A model generated the notes under the pieces. That model made no database searches, was not told where the DNA came from, and saw only the letters and a program-made list of their open reading frames with translations. The position numbers and the translations under genes were made by a program. A DNA stretch of 64,000 nt, taken from Rebecca billardiae RCC1528 (Eukaryota > Protista > Haptophyta). The DNA lies in NCBI GenBank assembly GCA_965240325.2, contig OZ251243.1, positions 1,116,001-1,180,000 on the forward strand, read 5' to 3'. Positions 58,938 to 64,000 of this stretch are shown piece by piece (positions within the stretch are counted from its first letter, which is position 1; the number at the start of each line of letters is the position of its first letter).

Positions 58938-59509
58938 CACGGCAGCAGCAGCATATATCAGCAGAGTCCGCCAGAGGCGAGCCGGGCCCGGGCGGGATGC
59001 TGATGAGCCTCGGAACCGAGCGGCTGTGCTGTCCCGGAGATCGCGCGCGTCATCCGCGAGTCGGATCATCAGCTGACATATTCAATATGACGATATTCAC
59101 TACGACGACACCTCATGTTCAGCTGTCTGCTGTGATCGGATGCAGTAGCACTGCTGACAGTGAGCACTCACTGCGGGCTCCGGTCAGCGGTCGCGGTCCG
59201 CGAGACTCGCGGCACTCTCCGCCGTACTGACCTACCACTAGGCCAGTAGTCGCGCGCCGCGCGTCCGCGCCGCGCCATATAGCGCCGCGTCATGCATATC
59301 GATCGCCGTGTTGCGGTGTTAAATAAGCCTGCTAGCAGTAGTATGACAGCAATCGTCCGTCGTCACACCGCGTGTTTCAAACACTGAACCGCGGTTCTGA
59401 CTCCGACGAATCAGTGCCAGGCGGTCGTCACTCACAGCGCCGCCTATTGCCTGACCACTCGGCGCAGCTGAGCCGCGTCCGACAGATGGTGCAGCCGCTC
59501 TGCGCCCAG

Positions 59510-60142
59510 CTACTCGTGCATCCCCATGTCGCCCGAGGTGGTCCCCAGCGCGTTCTCGAGCATCGCTTTGCCCATGGCATCCCCCACCGCCTTCCCGGCG
59601 GCGGCGCACTTCTCCGCCTCGTCGTTGAGAGAGGTCCAGCACTCCTTCACGCTCTTGCTGCACTCGCTCCACACGGTGGGCAGGATTGGGTACGGGCGCA
59701 GGTCGACCGCGGGCATGAACGGGCCCGACGCCTCGTCGTCCGAGCCCTCCATCGTGAGCTTGGACTCCAGGTTGGACTTGAAGCACTCGTGCTCGGCCAC
59801 GGCCGGTCCAGCCGCCTTGAGCAGCGACTGCTCGAACTTCTTCTTGTGGTAGGTGACGGCAGCGCCCGCTGCGGTCACGTTGAGCTGCTTGTCCTGGTAC
59901 CCGTAGATCACGAGCCCGGCCATGCACGTCTGCAGATTCTCCATGGCCTCCGTGTCGTGGCTGCAGTCGGCGGCTAATGACTTGCCCGCAGCAGCGACGA
60001 GCAGTGTTGTGCCTGGCGGCTCCTTGTGGCGCATGCCGAGGCCGACGAAGATGCCGATCAGGATGATGGCAAGGATGCAGACCGCCGCACCGCCGGCGAT
60101 CGCGGCCTTGCTCACTTGCGGCTTGCTCACTTGCGGCGCCAT
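59510..60142 (-). CDS. Hypothetical type II membrane / signal-anchored Cys-containing protein
   Basis: 210 aa with strong GC3 bias, an N-terminal hydrophobic helix and six downstream Cys. Confidence 0.7.
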   Translation of the reverse strand: MAPQVSKPQVSKAAIAGGAAVCILAIILIGIFVGLGMRHKEPPGTTLLVAAAGKSLAADCSHDTEAMENLQTCMAGLVIYGYQDKQLNVTAAGAAVTYHKKKFEQSLLKAAGPAVAEHECFKSNLESKLTMEGSDDEASGPFMPAVDLRPYPILPTVWSECSKSVKECWTSLNDEAEKCAAAGKAVGDAMGKAMLENALGTTSGDMGMHE

Positions 60143-60528
60143 GATCGCGAGCCCGGGAGGGTCCCGCGACGGGGCGAAAGGTGGGACCGAGTGGCCGGAA
60201 GTGTTAGGCTGTTAGCCTGATGATGATTGGTTGGAGAGCTGATTGACCGGACAACTTCTTACGAGTAGAGCGGTTCGGCCATAATTCGGCAAACGGCCGG
60301 TTTCGGCGATCAAGCCCACGATGGCGGCGGCCGCGGCGGGCCCTGATGCGGACTGAATTCTATGATGTCGTGGCAGCGTTGAGTCGGTCAGCGACGAGCA
60401 GTACTTGCTGCTCCGCATGGCACCGACCATGAGCCGATGAGCCATGAGGCGATGTCTGACCTCCGATGATGAGGCCAGCTTCGTCGTAGACCATAGTTCC
60501 TATGATTCGTCCGATGCTTGAGCGTATC

Positions 60529-61719
60529 TCACTCGGTGAGCTCGTGCAGCGCCGCCGCGCCGAGCGCGGCGAGCAGCGCCGCCGGCGCGGCGACGCGCGC
60601 GCTCAGGTGCTGCATCGCATCGGGCAGCAGCTCCGCGAGGGCGACGTACGCGAGGGACCCCGCCGCCGCGCCCTGCACGGCGGGCAGCATGCCCCCTGCG
60701 GCGCGGAGGCAGCTGAGCGCGAGCGCGCCGCCAATCGGCTGTGGCACGGACGTGGCCATTGCGAGCAGTGCGCACCGCAGCAGGTCCGCGGCGGCCGCCG
60801 CGCCGGAGCGCGCCTCGACCGCGCCGGCCATCGCGAACGCGCTCGCCGCCGCCATCCCCTCGGGCACGTTGTGCACCGCCATCACCAGGCTCATCAGCGG
60901 CAGCGAGCGGCGCGCGCCCGCGTCTCTCTCGTCCCTGTGTGCGGCCACGCCCATCGCCACGCCCTCCGCCAGGGCGTCGGTGGCGAGCGCGACGAGGAGG
61001 ACGAGCGAGCGGCCGCGCGGCGCGTGGCGCGCGCGCTCGCCCTCGGCCGCGCAGCCGGACGCGGGCACCACGCCGCCGCCGCCGCCCGCGCCGCCCGCGC
61101 CGCCCTCCTCCTCCTCCTCCTCCTCCTCCTCCGCGGAGGCGCGCGCGAGTGCGCGCACAAGCAGCGCACTCGCGCACGCGCCCGCGCAGAACATGCCGAG
61201 CTCGGCGCGCGCGGGGCGCTCGGCCCAGAGCTCGTGGACGAGGAGGGCGCTCGCCCCCACCATCATCCCCGCGGCGATGCACCCGCCCAGCGCGATCGCC
61301 GCCATCCGCTTCGCGTCGCCCAGCGCTCGCTGCAGCGCGTGCGCTGGGAGCGCGCCCGCGCCGGTCGCGACGCACGCGATCCAGCCGTCGAGGAGGAGCT
61401 CGTGCATCTGGCCGCGCGAGGGCCAGGCGTACAGCACGAGGCTCACCGCCAGCGCGAGCGCCGCGAGCGCCGCCGTCGGCGCGCCGCGCCTCGCAGCGCC
61501 GTGCGCCGACCGCCGGCCGATGTGCTCAGAGAGAAGAGCCACCGTCCGCCGTCTGTGTGGCTGGTGGCCGCCGGAGGAGGGCAGGTGCGACGGGAGCGAA
61601 GAGCTGCGTGGGAGCGGCGCCGCGGGCGCCGCGGCCGCCGCCACCATCGGCACGCCGCCCGCGGGCGCCGTCTTCCGCCCGGCGGCCGTGGCGCCCGAGT
61701 GGCGCGATCGCCGCAACAT
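60529..61719 (-). CDS. ZIP-family metal transporter (GufA/ZIP11-like); start uncertain
   Basis: ATGAGALP, IAAGMMVGAS, DALAEGVAMG, AVHNVPEGMA, TSVPQPIG and AAAGSLAYVALAELLPDA. Confidence 0.85.
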   Translation of the reverse strand: MLRRSRHSGATAAGRKTAPAGGVPMVAAAAAPAAPLPRSSSLPSHLPSSGGHQPHRRRTVALLSEHIGRRSAHGAARRGAPTAALAALALAVSLVLYAWPSRGQMHELLLDGWIACVATGAGALPAHALQRALGDAKRMAAIALGGCIAAGMMVGASALLVHELWAERPARAELGMFCAGACASALLVRALARASAEEEEEEEEEGGAGGAGGGGGVVPASGCAAEGERARHAPRGRSLVLLVALATDALAEGVAMGVAAHRDERDAGARRSLPLMSLVMAVHNVPEGMAAASAFAMAGAVEARSGAAAAADLLRCALLAMATSVPQPIGGALALSCLRAAGGMLPAVQGAAAGSLAYVALAELLPDAMQHLSARVAAPAALLAALGAAALHELTE

Positions 61720-61915
61720 CTCGGCGCGTCGATCGTTCGAGCGGAAGTGCGAAGAGGACCGGAAGACGGAACTCGGCAACTCCCGCGCGCGAACGTGCGC
61801 ACGTGTGCAGGTGGGTGCGCATCAGTGTCACTCACGATGGCGGCGGGTGCGTACGGCACCTAGGCCGGCAGCTCGGCAAGGGCGGTCCTCGGCCAGGGGG
61901 CGCCCCGCCCCGCGC

Positions 61916-62308
61916 ATGGGCACGCCGAGCACGCGCCGCACGGACCAGCCGCCGCCCGTGCGCGCCGACGCAGCCCGGCTCTTCGAGTGCGCCAGCTGCG
62001 GCTTCGAGTGCCACTACGACGACTACGGCCGGCGCGCCGACCGACGGCTCGTGTTCCTCGAGGACGTGTACACGCGGCAGGACGAGCGCGTGCCGTGGCG
62101 GGCGGTGTGCATCGGCGCGCACTGCACCATCTGCGCCGCGCCGGTGTGTGCTCGCGAGCCGTGCTCCGTCTTCTACTGCCACCGGCTGTGCGCGTCATGC
62201 GCGGCCGCCGCGCGCGACGTGCTGCCGCCCGAGATCCGACGGCTGGTCGACGCGGCGCGTGCGGCGCCGAGCGAGCCGCGCGAGCCGGGAAGGAGCCCGG
62301 CTGGGTAG
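61916..62308 (+). CDS. CDPF1: Cysteine-rich DPF-motif domain protein homologue
   Basis: FECASC...YGR...FLEDVY...IGAHCTICAAPVC...CSVFY...C..C...LPPEI. Confidence 0.8.
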   Translation: MGTPSTRRTDQPPPVRADAARLFECASCGFECHYDDYGRRADRRLVFLEDVYTRQDERVPWRAVCIGAHCTICAAPVCAREPCSVFYCHRLCASCAAAARDVLPPEIRRLVDAARAAPSEPREPGRSPAG

Positions 62309-62796
62309 CAATCGGCCCTGCTGCCGGCATGCGGAGCTCACCACCGCGGCGCGCCTGCTCGTCGCAGCAGCGATGATCCGAGGCCTGCATCAGCCACCTT
62401 CGTCCGTGGCAGCTCGGGCGCTGCTCTGTGCTCACGGTCCGCCGACTCACCGACACCAGCCTGGGAGTCCGAATAATATACGGAACGACGACTGGAACGC
62501 GAGCGCGTGCATGCGCTTTGCGCCGTGCTCGGATTCCGAAGACCGAACTCTGACGACGACGACGTACACTCGGCGACGCATATGCTGGCGCACCATCCTC
62601 TGACCGGGCGACTCTCGCGGCGACAGCCGATATCAATATATCATATATATAGTAGTACCGGCAGCGATGATAGCGAGTGATGACTGTGACAGAGATATAT
62701 GACGACAGCATATGGCGGCACCTACTACTACTGCTGCTGCAATTCGTCCGCGCGAGCAGTCGGACCTAGCTACCAGCGAGTGTGAGCCACTGGACG

Positions 62797-64000
62797 TCAT
62801 CCGCCGCACGGCCACGCCGCTGCGGCTGACGCCGACGGTGACAACGACGCTCCCGCCCCAGCGAGGGCCCGGCGGGTCCTTTGCCGTCGTACGCGCAGCC
62901 GGCGCCGCCGAGCCAGTCCGTGCACTTCCGCCGAGGGCGCGTCACCGGGAGATCGAGATCTGGCGAGCTCGGCCGCGTCGCCGCCGTCCGCGCCGCCGCC
63001 CTCCACCGGCCATCGCGCCGCGCGCACGGCAATCTCGCGGTCGATCTCGCAGAGCTCGCCCAGCCGCGCCGCCGCCCACGCCGGCAGCGGCACCCGGAAC
63101 ACCTCGTAGTCCTGCGCGTACACGCGCAGCACCGCGGCGAGCGTGCTGGCGTTCGCGTACAGCTGGGCCAGCCTCGCCGACACGGCCGTGTCGTGCGGCG
63201 CCGCCCGCTTCCTCCGCCCCCGGCTGATGCGCGCCACCTTCCGCGCCACCTGCTGCAGCTGGGCCGACCGCTCCTGCGGCGGCGGGAAGTGGCGGTCGAC
63301 GGCCTTGCGCGCGAGCTGGCTGAGCGTCGGCTGGGCGCCCGGCGCAGCTGCGCGCCCGATCTCGCGCTCTGGCGCCGCGAGCTCGCCCTCGTCCAGCGGC
63401 ACGCCGACCGCACGCAGCAGCGCAAGCACGGCCGCGTGCGAGCGCGTCGGGTGCAGCTGCTCCACCGTCGAGTAGTTGGCGAGCGTGCGCGCGAGCGACA
63501 TGCAGAACTCGTGCTGCGGGCGCCAGTGGTCGTTGCGCAGCGGGTCGCTCATCAGAGCGCGCCGGTTCGTCGGCCTCGCCTGCGCGCGGAGCTGCGCCTC
63601 GCGCTTCGCCGCTCTCCGCAGCGCGAGCGCTTCCTGCGCGGCGCGCCACGGCAGGATGGCTGCCGAGCGCGCGGCGACCTCGTCAAAGCTGGGGCGTGCC
63701 ACGCCGAAGTTGCGCTCGCACATCGTCGAGCCGTCGCGATGCGACCCGGCGCACTTGGACGCGTACGCCGAGGCGAAGCGCTCGAGGGGCTCCCGGTAGA
63801 AGACCGCCTTGTGCCACAAAGGGTCCTCCAGGACTGCGCGCACCGCGGCCCCGCCCATCTGCAGGACCGCGGGCGAGTTGAAGTTGTAGTAGGGCACGTG
63901 CTCGACACCCGCGCGCTCCTCCGCGCTCATCGGCAGCAGAATCAGCTCGCGGAACATCTGGCTGAAGCTCTGGCTCCCCACCTTTTCGATTTTGCAGAAG
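62797..64000 (-). CDS. Carbohydrate sulfotransferase-like (Sulfotransfer_2), 5'-partial
   Basis: 5'-PSB FCKIEKVGSQSF, 3'-PB FYREPLERFASAY and NDHWRPQHEFC. Confidence 0.85.
   Translation of the reverse strand, partial: FCKIEKVGSQSFSQMFRELILLPMSAEERAGVEHVPYYNFNSPAVLQMGGAAVRAVLEDPLWHKAVFYREPLERFASAYASKCAGSHRDGSTMCERNFGVARPSFDEVAARSAAILPWRAAQEALALRRAAKREAQLRAQARPTNRRALMSDPLRNDHWRPQHEFCMSLARTLANYSTVEQLHPTRSHAAVLALLRAVGVPLDEGELAAPEREIGRAAAPGAQPTLSQLARKAVDRHFPPPQERSAQLQQVARKVARISRGRRKRAAPHDTAVSARLAQLYANASTLAAVLRVYAQDYEVFRVPLPAWAAARLGELCEIDREIAVRAARWPVEGGGADGGDAAELARSRSPGDAPSAEVHGLARRRRLRVRRQRTRRALAGAGASLSPSASAAAAWPCGG

Overview
This is eukaryotic nuclear DNA. It is extremely GC/CpG-rich and gene-dense, with short GC-rich spliceosomal introns and TTAGGG-type repeats. 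The style suggests a haptophyte alga such as Pavlovales, but that is inference only. Recognisable host genes are a receiver-domain protein (3' part), a HET-like membrane protein, a membrane-anchored lipoxygenase, an HSF, a TrmB-like methyltransferase, PPT1, VPS16, an ABCB half transporter, a polytopic matrixin-like metalloprotease, COG5, MON2, a ZIP transporter, CDPF1 and a sulfotransferase; many sit in tight head-to-head pairs. The intergenic gaps hold mobile DNA: a young Ty1/copia element, 5'-truncated CRE-like LINE pieces and a probable solo LTR, all inserted in (TA)n, plus four unrelated non-autonomous TIR elements. The strongest observations are five. (1) The copia gag-pol is broken by a perfect 634-bp fold-back palindrome whose removal restores one ORF, making it a candidate natural hairpin-RNA silencer of its family. 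(2) That copia carries a MYND-like finger upstream of gag and has a degenerate integrase HHCC motif. (3) Scrambled, microhomology-joined partial copies of the HET-like gene fill 2.0-7.2 kb. (4) A metzincin catalytic domain is split by a transmembrane hairpin. (5) An in-frame telomeric-repeat insertion with a 14-bp flanking duplication sits inside MON2. Most long ORFs in the supplied track are GC-rich shadow frames.
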